Shown here piece by piece: positions 1 through 14,199 of a DNA stretch of 64,000 nt. A program made the translations under genes and the position numbers. The stretch comes from Psammoneis japonica (lineage: Eukaryota), in the NCBI GenBank assembly GCA_008632985.1, contig QPGO01000115.1, positions 186,001 to 250,000 on the forward strand, read 5' to 3'. Each line of letters starts with the position of its first letter. Position 1 is the stretch's first letter. Below the pieces are notes generated by a model that saw nothing but the letters and a program-made list of their open reading frames with translations, was not told the origin of the DNA and did not search any database.

Positions 1-1478
1 AGTGCAAGTATAGACATGGACTAGGTAAGTGTGCTTGTTTCGATAGCAGGCCAGCGTCTCGTAGCATTGCATTGATGAACTAGCGTGGAAAGAAAGAGTT
101 TGCTGAATTTTTTTATGACTTGAAAGTTGACCGTGAAGTAAGCCGAAGACTGGACCACGCGGATGATGAAGAGTCACTCTCATTCATTGCCAATGGCCAT
201 CTTGTGTATGCTTTGGAGGACTTGCCTAGAAGAGCAAGTCTTTTTCCTGTTGACATGCGAGCTACTGGGCATGTCTCATCTTTTTCTCCGTTTACTTGCT
301 CACTAGTTAGTTAGTTCGTGGGAAAATAAAATAGTTAGTTTCTTGTGTGTTTGAATGACTGCGCTAGGTAATGGCTTATCTTACTCCAACGACCAAATCA
401 TCATTTGCTGTAGTAGCTGCCGTTCCTTTCCGCGTCGACTCCACAAGCAACAAGTAGCAGCGACAGCCTATTGTTGCTCTACTTGCTGCGCTTCAAACTC
501 CCGAATAGTCTAGTAGCATCTATAATCGTTTCCACATAGGGTAGTCTCTCTTGGTAGTCAGAGCTAGTTTGTCGTCATCCTATTTCTTTTGGAGTCACTT
601 CTTGGGGTCAACCGAGGCTCCAGGTAGATGACATTCGTGTGTGTAAAATCCTGCTGCAGCACATGACTACGCCTCCAAGACGCTCAGGCACTTGGACATC
701 TCTCCCAAGACGTCAGAACATCTTTTTTGCGATCGGGGCTTGTCATTATGACAGTGTGCGGTGTCATCGTCAGAATTCTCCTCCCGAAAATGAAGATTCG
801 ATAAGGAGACTTTCCGCTCTCGAGAGAGATCAAACAATGTTGACTCTGGTACACGGAGAAAAGAAAACTATGGACGGAGTCGGGATCATCCAGCTCAGAG
901 CCGTAAACCAGTCTCTAATCAGAATGCAAGACGAAACACAGGCCTCCTTCGCGTTGCTGCAAAAACGCTTTGCCCTACCGCTTTGCCCGTGGTATTCCCG
1001 GTGGGAATGGGAATGCACGAAGCGGCGTGATGTCCCACAAGAAATGGCTACCCCGATTTGCTCCTTTTTCCAAAGAAATGAGCAATGTCTAAAACGAGAC
1101 GCGCGTCCTTTTTCGTCGCGTCATGTTAAACCCCATACTGCAGTTTCTCTTCCCTCTAGCCTGCTGGGAAACTGCGAAGACACGGATGCAGAATGAAACG
1201 CGTTCAACAAGTAACGCGTGGTTCGAAGATGGTTGTTGCTGCAGCAGGTCAGGCGTCTTGTAATATTTGCAGTGATCAAATAGCGTGGAACATAGAGATA
1301 TGGGGACAATAATGAGTTCGTCTGATAGCTGCACTAGCGTTGTCTTTCCTTTTTGTCAAGCGGGCGCTTTTCCGACTTTGAACACGAACGCTGTGTTTAA
1401 GCTTCTTTTGCAGCAAGAAATTCTGAATCATTCATGAGGAGGTCATTCATGAGGAGGTTCCATCCCTGCGCCCTCTCT

Positions 1479-2600
1479 CTAGTCATACGGCGATGCTAAA
1501 CTGTCTAACAACCTGGTCACTTCACCATCTTTTGAAGACGGAAAGAGCATAGCCCGACCGCCCGTCTCGATCGAGGCTGGCGCAGAGCTCGGTTCAGACT
1601 GCTTCAATTCTGAACCTTGTTCATGGTTAGACTTACGATCCGGACTTTTCCCTTTTCTGGCTTTATCCAATTCACGCTGCACACCGTCACGACGGTCCTT
1701 CGCAGCTTTATATTCCTTCTTTAAACGTTTTCGTTGTTGCAACAATTGCTTTGAAATGGTTCGGCTTTCCTCAATCTCTTCACGTCGGAACTCATTTTTC
1801 TTTTCCAAGTCGTCGTCAATAATGTCTCTAAGTTTGGCATACTCCGCCGGAATCTACAATGAGAAGCGGATCCATTCGTGAAAGAGTAGGTAAGACGACT
1901 GGAAGAATAATGATCAGCAATGAACCAGTCATGGATTCAAACATACCTTTGCAACATTCAGTTTCTGTCGCACCCTGGCAACAATCTCTTCTACATGCTG
2001 TTCAGACTTCTTTTGAACTCGACGACTTTCAGCAAGTCGACCGTCTTCTTTGAGCCGCTGAGCAACAGACTCGATTGTTCGAGACGCTTCTTGTGACATG
2101 ATTTTGAATGCAAATCGACTCGCTGACGGATGAATCCTTTTCCCGGAATTGCCTACAAAGTGAAGAACAGCATCAGTAGATCCCTGAGGTTTGTTCATCC
2201 TATGGTTGCTGGACTTGATGTCTACAGATGATGATGATGATGATGATGATGATGACTCGTCTTGTCCAATGTCGTTGCCGTCGCTCTGATTTGTGCTACC
2301 TTTAGAATCGGTTCGACGGGCAACATGCTTACGCTGGCTTGGCTTTAACAAGGAGGGTTTCGCTGCTGCAGCAAACATTTCAGTCAAGGAGCAATTTTTA
2401 GCAGGACGGGGTCGCTTCCTCCTGTGAACTTTCGGGGTTCTTCTAGTATCATCTTCTGAGCTGCTCGAGATGTCGCTGTAGGTTACAACAGGTCGCTTCC
2501 TCTTGACAACTGGGTAACTGAGATAATCTTCCTCGCTGCTATCTGAAGATTCAGTGTTTGCTTCCTCACCACATTTGGTAACGACATTGCGTGGCCTTTG
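1479..2600 (-). pseudogene. Hypothetical low-complexity (S/K/R-rich, coiled-coil) gene fragments, frame-broken; may extend toward ~350
   Basis: Minus ORFs 1929-2387 (open upstream to ~2615, KRKRP motifs, poly-Ser from a GAT microsatellite) and 1479-1808; normal TA content; no recognisable domain. Confidence 0.3.
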
Positions 2601-2718
2601 ATATGTTATGGTGTCTCACAATTTCGATTGCGTCTTTGGCAGCAATGGTGTGTCCTTAATCTCCAAATCCATAAATGCGTTGCGTTCATGAATCTCACAT
2701 TATCATGGTCGATCTTAG

Positions 2719-2870
2719 CACAGCAAAGAATGGACCGAATTTTTTCTGTCCATTTTCAGTCCACTCGCGCGCATCGCGCATGGCTGGACCGATGATGGAC
2801 CCGCAAAACCAAAAATTTTTCGGTCCACCTTTTGCCACGTTCTACGATGTTATTTTCAGTCCACCAGCCC
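2719..2870. repeat. Putative DNA-transposon terminus with subterminal TGGACCGA / TCRGTCCA repeats
   Basis: Begins CACAGCAAAG at 2719; motif recurs in both orientations at ~2731, 2756, 2785, 2795, 2820, 2856; coincides with the block edge; partner end not found. Confidence 0.35.
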
Positions 2871-5249
2871 GCGCGACTTGCACGGCTTTGTTGTGTTGCT
2901 TCAACCGAATGGAAAATCTGGTTGAGGGACACGCACCCGCTTCAGCTTCCCTTGAAACCATGGTGCAAAGTGTTGGCTGTGTCTCTTTCATGGTGGCAGC
3001 CCCATTTGAGCACAGCGTCACTCACACCTCGGCCGGCAGCACTGTGAGAAAGCCCCCTGTGGATGACGACAGCACAACAACAATGAGTGGCAGCAAAGGC
3101 AGTGTGGCAACAGCTGCCATGCAGCCTCAACACCCAGCACAAGCAGCACACATGTTTTTGGCACATTTTGTCACATGGCCATGAGACCAGTCATCTGTCA
3201 TGGGGGGGGTCTCCATCCCACAATTTCCGGCAAATTTGCAACAAAGAACCCGAGGGGCACCATGTCCCTGGGGAGCTTGCTTTGTCATGCACCCCTCCTG
3301 TGACATGCACAGTTTGGTCCTATTCATGCATTGACCATCATCTCACAACACTTGCATGTGCGTGGGAAAAAGATTTGGTTCACTTTTGTTCTTTGTCCAC
3401 CACTCAGCCAGCCCACCACATGCCTGCACGACTGCTGACCACAGTTTGGCCAGATCCATGCATTGACTGTTGTGTCACACCCATGTGTGAATCAACCAAA
3501 AATGGACTCTTGAACAAAATTCAGTCCAACTTCTTCCATTTTCAGTTCATTGGATGGTGAGAGGGTGTGTGTCAACACATCACAAAAAGCTCATGTTGAA
3601 GCTTTCATAAAACCAAGAATGGGAAACACAAATGGAGAGCCCTCTGCACCACAGTTGTTGAGAGCAAAGCAATTGGATGGTGCTCAGGTGGCATGGCTGT
3701 GATGGAGACTAAGATCCTCAATTTTGCAGCTTTGGTGGCAAGAGGTGGTGTGGGAACTGTCATGGTGATGGTCATGCACTCCAACAGCACAGGGGCTTTC
3801 ACTTGACTTCTGCACACATGATGTGTGGTCATTGCTGTGCTTGCTTTGACAGCAGCCAGCAACAACAAACCACTGCCAAGCAAGCTTGCTTCAGATCTGA
3901 GTGCAGGCCAACAGCACCTGTTGTGGTGGCAATGAACAATGAGTGCGCCATGGCAAAAAGAACAGCAACAGGGCTGACATTCTTGTCAGATGGCTGTGAA
4001 TTGAGGTGAGTGGAAAAATGGTGATGACTTGAGCACTGCATGAGAAAAACATGCAGAAATCTGCAAGTGGGCACTTGCCAAAATCATGTGTGGCTCTTGG
4101 GGCCTGAAAAGCTCAGCAGCCATTGTTGTTTTCATGTTTTTTCAGTGTTTTTAAACACCACATTGTGGCAAATCTTTACAAACCTTGAAGGTCAAATGTG
4201 ACTGCCAAGCCACTTGGGAGCTGCTTGTTCAGAATTCTCTTCTCTGAGATTCTTGGACAGTTGTCACTTGAGATGGCTCACTTTGACAGTCAAGATCACA
4301 ACACAAACAGTGCAGTTTTTCACACCACAGTGCAGACCAAAACCAACGCCAAGTTGAAGAGTCACAAACAATGCACTCCATGAGTTGAACATGCTGTGTC
4401 TGTTCTTTTGGGCTGGTTTTTCGCAAGTCCCAGGCCTTCTTTGTGGTGCCAATTGCAGCTGTGTTCTTGTTCTCCTGACAAAGCTGATGTGCCCACTCAA
4501 GTTGTCAAAAACAGAAAGGTTGGTTATTTTTCACTGCTTTTGCAGTCTTGTTTGTCTGAGCAGATGCAAGTTCGACCTGATTCATTCACTCCATCAGAGC
4601 TGTGACATGCACAAGACATGGCAGAATGCAAAAATGGAAAGCAGTTTGTCTGATGCAACCAAACAATGTGGCTGTTGCAAATGCAAGCATGAGGCAATGT
4701 GGTGCAGGATGGCAGAAATGCAAATGCTGTCAATTTGTCAACATGAATGGCCTCAGCCATGTGTGTGTTTGCACACCATCCCCATTGTTCTCAACATGTG
4801 AGCAGGTGTGGAGCTTGCAACACATTGGGCACACAATGCTCAGAGCAGCCATTTGCTCATCTGACAAAAAAGACATTGGGTTTGATCAGCCCATGGTGTT
4901 GGTCTGAACAAATTGGGCCAAACTTGCTGCTGTTCAGCCAAATCAGACTGCAGAAGCAGTGGAGGGAATCAACCTTTCTGTTGACTCTACAAAGGGAAAT
5001 TGTGAGTGGCTCTGCAGATCATCCACAAGCCACCAAAGAACAACCAATCATGACACATTTTATTGTGACACACCTCAATCATTGAACTTGACTGACATGA
5101 AGACAGACACAGTGGGATGGACCACCAAAACACTGCAATTCATTTGGTCCCCACAAAACCAAGCAAGAGAAACAAAGTCAACTCATCTTGAAACAATGTG
5201 AAACATGTTCCAAGCATGGAAGCAAAACACAAACCCAAACTGCTGGCTT

Positions 5250-6300
5250 GGGAGGCAAACATGTGGGCAACATGCAACAGGTGTTGGACCTTCTTGGCAC
5301 AGAGGACCATGCCAAAACAAATGAAAGCAAAGCAAATTTTCCATCTCACCTGACCAGTCACACACTTTGCCAAAATGTCTGTGAGGTGTGTTTCACCATT
5401 TTCTTTTCCAACTCTCAACACACAGGCCACTGCTGCTTCATGAATGACATGGAAGTTGACACCATTGTGCTTCCTGTGCAAAACTAACCTCTGGGATGCT
5501 CACATTCTTGACGACACCACTGTTGTCACAGAATGCATTTGCTGGACCTCAACTGGAGCACCAAACATTTGCAGCTTGTGTCTCTCTGCAACAATCAAAT
5601 TCTTTGCAGTCACAAGAGCAACCAAACTCACTTGCAAAAGTTGTGGACTTTGCTGCATTTTGCCTTTCACTGAACCAAATTGTCAGTGCATTCTGTGCAA
5701 AGATCAACGTTCCACTGTGCAACCCACCCATTGCAACATTTCCAGCATGATTGGCATCAACAAAACACAGTGCAGCAACTGTGGGATTCATTGAGGTTTT
5801 GTCATTTTGGATGACGATTCTTCTTTGACCTCTCTGCAAAAGTCAGCCCAGCCTGCATTTGTGCTGAAAACCAATTTGTTGATCTTGGGTCTAATCAAGT
5901 CATGCCCCATCCATCCAAGATCTCATTGTTTCTTTAAATGCCTGAACACATGACACAACACCTCCAAATGACCTTCCCTGGGATTTGCTTGACAATGAGA
6001 CAAACATGAGACTTCATTGAAAATGTCAATTTTTCCAAGCTCAATTGCTCATTGACAAATTCCAATCAATTGCAAATGCCACGACATTCCATCAGGTCCC
6101 AACTTTGCCATTGCATCTAACTCCAGTTTGCAATTTAAAGGCAAGGGGTCCCTGATGTTGTTTTTCAATGCTTGGCCCTTTCCATCCTTGGTTGACAGTT
6201 CCTCAGTTCCTCAACAACTTCAATCACCTCCTTGACTCATGATTTTGAAGAACTTCCCCAAATGGTGTGATGTGTGACCATCTTGCATCTGACTCAACAT
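5250..6300 (-). mobile_element. Degenerate Ty1/Copia RT-RNase H remnant
   Basis: FVDANHAGN...IWFSERQN..STTFASEF and KHNGVNFHVIHEA...LRVGKENGETHLTDILAK match the Copia RNase H; many stops and frameshifts. Confidence 0.85.
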
Positions 6301-6949
6301 CAGCACAACAGACGCCTGCTGATTGAGGCTCCTGTTGGCACCAAACTCCAACAGGCTGACTTCTTGATGAAAATGCTGCTGGACCTGTCAACGTTCATTG
6401 GCCATCACATGTCTGTGCAGGGTTGACAACAACTTGGACATTTTTGTGTGAGGGAGTGTGAGAACACATGATGTGTTCATGTGTCAATGTGCCATCAAGT
6501 CCAAGAGTCACAAAGACCAGCAGGAAACTGCCATCAACATCTCAACCAATCACAGATCAAGCAACCCACAGGATTGGAGGTCTGGGGTTCAAAAAAAAAT
6601 CGAGCCTCACTTCTCTTCTTCTTTTGTGCAATCAAGAACTTCTCGTTCTTGACAAGTCTTTGCGCCATGTTCATCTGTGTTAATCTCAGCACAAAGACGA
6701 GTCACTTCATGTTTTCTTTCTTTTGTCGTTGGTTGTCGAGTGGCACAATTTTGGTCTCACAATTTGGAAATTGGCAAAAACGTTTCCTGCTTGACAAAGA
6801 GAAAGTGGGTGTTGTGCAGTCAACGCAGTCGTGCGAATGAGGGGCAGTTGTCGCGCGCAAGATTGCAGGCTGTGCGCGCAAAATTTGAAATGGTTGTGGT
6901 GCCGTTTTCAGGGTGGTGGTGGGTTTTTGTCAACTTCCAGGCACGACAT

Positions 6950-9400
6950 CGATGTTGCAGGTGGATGGTCGGTTGGTGTGTTGTCTGGAAGGGTGCGAAT
7001 CGGTTGGGGGGGGTCATTTGGTGTCTGCACAGGGACAGACCAGCACCGTCTTCCCACTGGGGTCGTCTGGAGCTGATGTGAGAGGCGGGAATGCGGGATC
7101 CCTGGAGGCAACGGTGAGTGCCCGGACTGTGGCAATGCTCATTCTCGCGTTGACACAGCCACATGCTTCAGAGCATGGCTTTTGCCATTTGTCTGATGGT
7201 CTCAAGGCTGTCTTGCGGAGCATTGCCTTGGCTTCTTTGCCAAAGAGTCCGTCGCATGACACTGCGAAGGGCGTGAAATGATGGCATTGCTCAAGACAGG
7301 GCTTGAGGTGCTTGCGCTTTTTCTCCCATTCGTGCATTGCTGGGACATCCTCTGGTGTTTTGGACAGGTGTGACTTCGCATCCATGTCGGGAACACGAAC
7401 ATCCGTCACCATGTCTGTCCTTCCATCCCAGAATCGCATGCTGAGAAGGTCGCCGCAATCGCCATCCTTGGACTTGTTGGAGTCAGTGTTTCCTGGGGAG
7501 CCAGTGGGGGTGCTTGAGCTTCCTGCGCTGCAACCAGTGGGGTTGATTGGAGGTTCGTCACGTACGTGGGAAGGTTTGTAAGCCTTGCCCATTGGGTCAC
7601 CCAGGTTGTCACGGACTTCATCGTGTCGTGAGATGACTGGGCTGCCCTTCTTGCACTGAAGGGCGTGGTTCATTGTGAATTTGCATCCACATCCATCGCA
7701 GTGCTCCGGGAGGTCAGGTGGAGCACTGCCATGCCGTGGGGAAAAGCGCGTCGCGGAACTCTTGGCATGAGAGTTCCGTGCCATTCAGTGATGAAGGGCA
7801 CACTGACAGCCACGCGCCTGTCTTGGTGCTGCACTTGACAGCTCTGGCCTGGAGGTCGAGTGGGGTCCTGAGGATCGTTTTGAGGGTCTCCCCATGCGCT
7901 GCAACCTTTTGATCGGCTGCTTCTTGTTTCACTTTGTGCATGGTGTCCTTGTGGATTGCGGATGAGAACTGGGAGCGGCCGCAGAGTGAGTCGATCACGT
8001 GGGAACACGTGAGAGTGCTCACTTCGTAGTTGTGAGCTGCGGACTCAGTTGGACGAGGGATGGACAGTCCCGAAAATTTGATTGGGAGGGCGGACAGGGC
8101 TGGTCTCGGGTCGTCGTCTGCTGGGGTCTCACCTGTCAAAGCCAGCAGGAAGTTGCGCTGCATTGCGCATTCTACGTCGACAAACGATTCGCCGCAGTCC
8201 TTAACCACACGTTGGACGCATTGCCACTGGTGTTGCAGGGACTTCTGCAGACCGGCGCAGGCGGTCTGAGGGTGATGAATCACGATTTTGGCGAGTCCCT
8301 GGATGACCGAGGTCCATGACTTGGCTTTTTCCGCTGGCCATTGGTCGCGCATGTCGGACTCTCCCACAAAGCCTCCGAGGCAACGGCTGCCAGACTTGAT
8401 GGTAAAGCCTGGATCTCCAAAGCATGTTCCAGCGTTTTCCAGGTTGCGTTCTGGGACTGCTGGGATGTTCTTGGAGTTGTCGGCAGGGCAGCAGCCATGT
8501 TTGGGGCCTTCGGCTCGGAGACTGAGGAAGAATTCTTGCAGTGTCGCGAAATTTCCTGCTGCTGCGGAGTCGTCGGCGTACCATGGCGTGAACACGTCTT
8601 TGAAACGCTCATTCATTTCACGGACTAGTGGAAGAAGGCCTGGTCCGCATGCCACCACACCAAGTGGATCGCCCTGCGTGACACCTTCCTTGCTGAACAA
8701 GATGAAGGCGGTTCCAAAGTTTCCACGGATGATCAGGATGCTCCAACACTTGCAATTGTTGAAGGTGAACCTTGCGCCCGATGGCCACAGGTGCCTTGCA
8801 TTGTACAGCATGAGGATCCGATTCTCTTCGTTGAATCCATTAGAGGCGTCGACAAAGAGGAAACCGCAGTCATCTTCGAATTTGTGTTGCTCCCAGAGCA
8901 GGTTCATCATGTGAACGGCACCTTCGATGCCTGCTTCTAGTCCAGCACAAAGCTGATCTGTCCCACAAGCTTCCTTGGCTTCTGCTCCAGCAACTGGGAG
9001 AACGGCTTTGGCGGTGGCTCGTTGCCACACCTCCCCTGTGCCGACCGGGCGCACGCCTGGATTTTTGTCTAGCGCGACGAGTCTCTTAGCCATGATTGCA
9101 CGGCATGCGGCCCACGGGGGGGACTCGTTTGCCAGCCAGTTCGCAAATGTGCACAACGCTTCTCCAAGCAATCCGCTGGCTTTTCCGTGACGGAGAAGCC
9201 ATTCTGACACTGTGTTGGCATCAGACCCGCCAAGTCCTGCGCCTCCGGATGGTCTCCGCGTGACGGTTTGATGGTGCCGTCGGTGATGAGTGTGTCCTGG
9301 AGTTCAGGTAGTTGCTGAATTTGTGAAAGTGGTCTTCGTCCGGGATCCTCTGGTTTGGATGTTTCTTCTGAAGGACTTGTCTTGCTTTGCCATTTTGCTC
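6950..9400 (-). mobile_element. Non-LTR retrotransposon, CRE/R2-like (RT + C-terminal CCHC and restriction-like endonuclease), apparently 5'-truncated and mutated
   Basis: ORF 7714-9210: LDKNPGVRPVG.GE, FVDASNGFN, GVTQGDPLG, WYADD; ORF 7014-7784: CDGCG..HALQC, RHDEVRD, GDLL..R..DVRV.D, EKKRKH, FTPF.VS.DG. Confidence 0.88.
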
Positions 9401-9989
9401 TCTACGGCGTAAACTGCCACAAACCCACACATGGTTTTGGCATTCGGGGTGTCTGACGAAGCTTGGCTCAAACCATCAACAATCCGCGTCTCGCCATGTT
9501 CCGCGACATCAGCCTCCATCGAACCTTTTGTTCTGTTGCCTTTTGAATGCAATGCATTGCACCCTTTCCGATCATTGCATGCGCAGCATGACGAGAGATG
9601 CCAGTTTTTTCTTTCAACTTTAATGTCAATTCCGGCTGCGTCAAGAATGAATGTGCATGTGGCGTGCTGTGCTGTGCGGGCGGGTGAAGCTCGTCAGTGC
9701 CATCATCAAGAACAACAGTTGCGGCCGCACCCACTGTTTCTGGCATTTGTTGGTGCCAAGCGTGGATGTTGCGTTGGCAGCAAGAGCAACAGGAGTCAGA
9801 ACAGTCGAAACCGATGGATTGAATGTGCAAGCGTGTGCTTTGCACCGCAAATCTGCCAGCCAAAGCCATGTTCTTGATTCTTTGTCTGTTGTGTCATGCG
9901 GGACAATGACCCTGCCTCGGCTCAGGTGCTCAGAAAGATGAGTGTGTCTTGTTGTGCTGGTTTCACAAAGCCGCACCATTGCCAACGGT

Positions 9990-11470
9990 TAGATTGAATC
10001 TGTTCAAGCACTCCCGTGTAGAATGGTCGACCCATTCGAAAGGAGGCAGTTGCTCCATGCGTGCAGTGCGGCGAGCTCGCAATGACCAAGTCTGACTCAC
10101 CAATCAGGTGCCAATCAATCATGGCCTCTGCAAAGTCAGCAGAAGAAGTGTTTCTGGCGAGTTTGCTGTGAATGCCGCGTGCGTCTGTGGTCACAATTTC
10201 TCGTGGAATGACTGTTGAACTCCATTTCCGATTGTCAGCCGGTGCACGCAAATTCGCATCTTGTCCATGACAAGAGTCGATGAACCACTTCTTGAACGGT
10301 GGCAGATCTGCAACCACCATCCACACAACCTTGGCAAATGAGGTTTTGTCATCTTCGCCACCTTTGGAAAGATGCTTCTCTTCGAGACTGAGAGCACAAT
10401 CCACTGCCGGCTGCACCACAGAGACACGGCTTGGACTCACTCCGTCATTGACATCCACAACTTTCAAACCCTTCTCAACCTGGGCAACTTTGTCAGTTTG
10501 CCCCGTTCGAACATAAATCGCCATGACCAAGGCATGTTCATCTCGAAAGAGTTGGTGGGATTCTCGAGAACAAGTCTGACTGAAACTGTGACACTGTGGG
10601 AGCTAGATCAAACAGCCCACCAATGGCGCACGCCATTCCTGTCTCTAGCTGAAAACCTGGAAGTGCCTGATGCAACTCTTTGAGCTTGTTCCGCTTTTGT
10701 TCATTTCTGGTGAGCCATCGAAAACCATCTTTGTGAAACCATCGACAATGCGGAATTAGAACCCCATCAGGAAAGTTGGGGTGTTTGGCACAGATTTTCG
10801 GCACAGACTTTGTGCAGTGGTTTTCATCATTGCAGGAAAAATTGTGCGGCACGGTCCAATTCATTGGGGCCGTCTTTGACAATGGAGCCGGCCCTGAAAA
10901 TGGCTGAAGAACGTGCCCCATTTCCACGTCTTTCCCACAGTCAAACAGAAGTCGGCAACCTTCCAGGGTTGCGGTGACATGTTCCGATGCTGCTTGAGCT
11001 GTCCATGCCGAGAGGCCTTCGTTCCACGCATTTTGCGGGCGGTGAAACAGCACACACTCCGTTTCGTGTTCTCCTGGTTCAGACAAGGTCCAACTGCATT
11101 TCTTCACAAACTGCTCTGATCCGCATCTTGGGAAGCGGCGAGAGACATGAGAAGAAGTCCCACGCCGGCTGAGCCTGAGGGTCAACTTGCACATGAGTGT
11201 GAAGCGATGATTTCTCTGAGAGAAAGACAGATGTTCCAGCCAACAACAGAAGAAGAACAACGAGATTCGGTGTTGAATGGCAGCTTCCTGGTGTCACTTG
11301 AGCCTTTTCTGCTTCGTGTTTTCTTTCTTTGCAAGAGCATTGTTCACGCTCTTCTCCTTGGACGCATGTTGTTTCGAGGTTTCTCCTGAACATTGTTGGT
11401 GTCTTTTCTCGTCGTCATTTTCACACGAAGTCAATCAACAGGCAAAAATGACGCTGGCCGTCATGTCATT
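9990..11470 (-). pseudogene. Fucosyltransferase-like (GT23/GT37/NodZ-type) host gene, disabled
   Basis: AIYVRTGQTD and EAMIDWHLIGESDLVI..S..THGATA resemble the FucT motifs H/Y.R.GD and D..LL...D....S.F; frameshifts; Tyr->Cys/His pattern. Confidence 0.55.
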
Positions 11471-14199
11471 GGCAATCCACAGAAATTGTCTGTCCCAAAG
11501 AGAGCAGAGAGCTGAGCGAGTGATCGATGGAGCGAGTGCGCAAGAATCGCAGTGGCGGTCTGTCTGTGCGGTGATTTCCACGCATGTTTTGCATTTTCGT
11601 CCATCCCTGCCACCTCCAGCCCGAACTGCCAGTGCGATTCTCGCTGATTTGCTGGAAGTGCAGAAGGGCAAAACAAGTGCACTTTCAACAAATGCATGCA
11701 CAACAGATCAAACTCTTTGTGTGATGGCAGCTTCAGAAACTTGTGCTGGCTGTGCCAATGCAGAGGCAAAGGCAGACCGGTGCTGTGGATCTTTTGGTCC
11801 ATTGCCTCCATCAAGCACAGAACCAAGCAGCCCATGCAAAAACCATGGTGATGAGCCTTGTTGAGCATTGCCTCTTCTTGCAAAAGACAATGGACAGTGG
11901 CACAAAAAAGCTGAGTCCCATTGGGCACCCATCCCAGCACCACACGCATCAATGCCATCTTCTCTGGGTGAGTCAACTTTTGGTGAGTGCTTTGTCCAGC
12001 TTGAGGATGTGCTGCGCTGACAAAGTGGTGTGACTGGGGCTGCAATTGCATGGAAGCTTCTTGGAATTAAATCCAGGGATGCAACAAAAAGCCTTGCCAC
12101 CTTCCAGTGTGTCATGATCAAGTTGACAACGTGCAACATCCAGCTCTCTGCATTTGTGGCACACAAAATCAATGCACTCCTGATGAAGATTGATTTTGGC
12201 ACCCACTGAAAAAAGACTTCTCCTTTGTCCACAACCCAAGACAGCAAGGCACTTGCACTTTCTGTTTGGTGCAGCACCTTTGGAGAGACCCAGAGTCATG
12301 GCATGCAGCAGTCATTGTGCAGGGTCAAAGAAGTTGGGGTTGTGCTTGTCAGTGTGAATGCCAAGAGGCTCCTCCTCATCTGTGGTGCCAATGTGCTGGC
12401 CAGCCATGAAGACACACCCACCCCAGAAACACATCCTGGGAATGCTTTGTCCCAGGGTGCTCTTCATCTTTGTGAGAAAATGCAGACTCCCTGTCCTCCA
12501 CAAAGTCATGCCATCATGACTTTGCACTGTCCAACAAGACACGCATGGCATTCTGGATGGTGGGATGATTGGTGTGAGGCCTGGTCAATGGATGTGCAAT
12601 GCCACACTCACTCTCAGCATTTGATGAGCAGCTGCCCCACTGGTCTTTCTAACACCCAGTGACATTGCCTGATGACAATGGGAACCATGAATGGTGCCAA
12701 GCTCTGTGGCTGGATTGGCCAATTCTTGAAAATCCATGCAATCAGTGAAAGAGCAGGCATTGTCAAGATGCAAGAAATCATTTGTCAGGAGCCAACTCTT
12801 GATGGATTGCTGTTGTGCCAAAGACTGTCAGTGCATTGGATCATCCAGAAAACAAAGCACTCTCTGAGCAAACCTGCAGAATGCAAAAAATGGAATCTCC
12901 TGTGGAAGGTGCGTGACCTTGCAAATGAGCAGCAATGTGGTGCTGTGGTTCCTGGCACACCGGAGGCATGTTAAAAGCAGCTGAGGTTTTTTTCAGGACT
13001 GCATCACAAACCCCACAACCCACACATCATTGGAAAGCTCATGACAAGCTGAATGAGGTCAAACAAATGATGATGTGACATTGATCAGAGTGAGTGGAAA
13101 CTGAATGTTTGTTGTTAAAAATGAGTTTGTCACTTCAGCAAAATCAACTGTTTGAGCAATTCTTCAAATTTTTTTTGTGTTGTGTTCAGAAATTGACAGC
13201 ATCACAAATGTGACATTTGGGTCAGAGTTCAGAATGCTCACACAGGTTTGCATGCTGTGCAAATTGCTTGAGGGACCACTTGTTTTGAGACTTTGCTCTT
13301 GCTCTGGAGCCTTCGCCATGGACATCACCAAAAATCAACTTTCATCAGTCACTTTAACTGGGTGTGAAAAGTCGATTTTTGTCAAGCTTTCATCATGTCA
13401 AAATTTTTGAACAGCTGAAACAACTCTTGGCTGCTTTTAACATGCCCCCAGCAGCACTCTCACCCTTGTCTCTCTCTGGCCACCTGCCAGCTAGAGAGTG
13501 AATTGCTCACACAGCTGTCCACACAATTCCTGTGAAGATCAAGAAGGGAGGTCATCTGCTGCTTTTTTCAGCTCAAATTTGGCCAAATGGCTTGTGACCC
13601 ACATGATTTTTCCTCAATTTTACCGCGCTTCACCGTGGTGAAGAACATCAAGCCACAAGTCTGTGATGGAGTTGGCCCATCTCTGCCAACTCTCATTCAT
13701 TTTATGTTCATTGTGTGTCAAAGGTCACATGTGCTGCACCAAGAAATGTTTGTGGACAGACTGCTGTGTTTTGGAGAAATGTTGATGCCATTGTTGTTTT
13801 GTCTCAATTGTGGTGCATGATGTTTTTCATTTTTGTGCATGATCCGGTGTGAATGTGAACAATTTTTGCATTCAAAAATTAACACTGTAAATGACCTGAT
13901 TCAAATGCCAAAGCAATTCCAGCATGAACCCACAGATGAAACCCCCTCAACTGCATGCCCAATCTGCCACACCTCTGGCAACATGGGCCAAGACAGATTG
14001 CACCACTCAGATTCACTTGGTCCCTGTGAACCAGCAACAAGAATTGACAGTTTGTCCACTGGAAACATTCTCTCAACACAACAGACAAAATGCAAGCCAC
14101 ATGTCAGCTGCCAGCTGGTCTGGCTTGAGAGGTCACAAGGCATGAACACAAGCTGCAGGCCCTGGACCTTGACAGTGGAGGACTGTTGCTGCCAAGACA

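Noticed and set aside
1428..1458. 15-bp tandem duplication, and the 12-bp duplication in the P450 (DPLFDPLF)
   Set aside because: Two-copy slippage repeats with no spacers; not CRISPR-like
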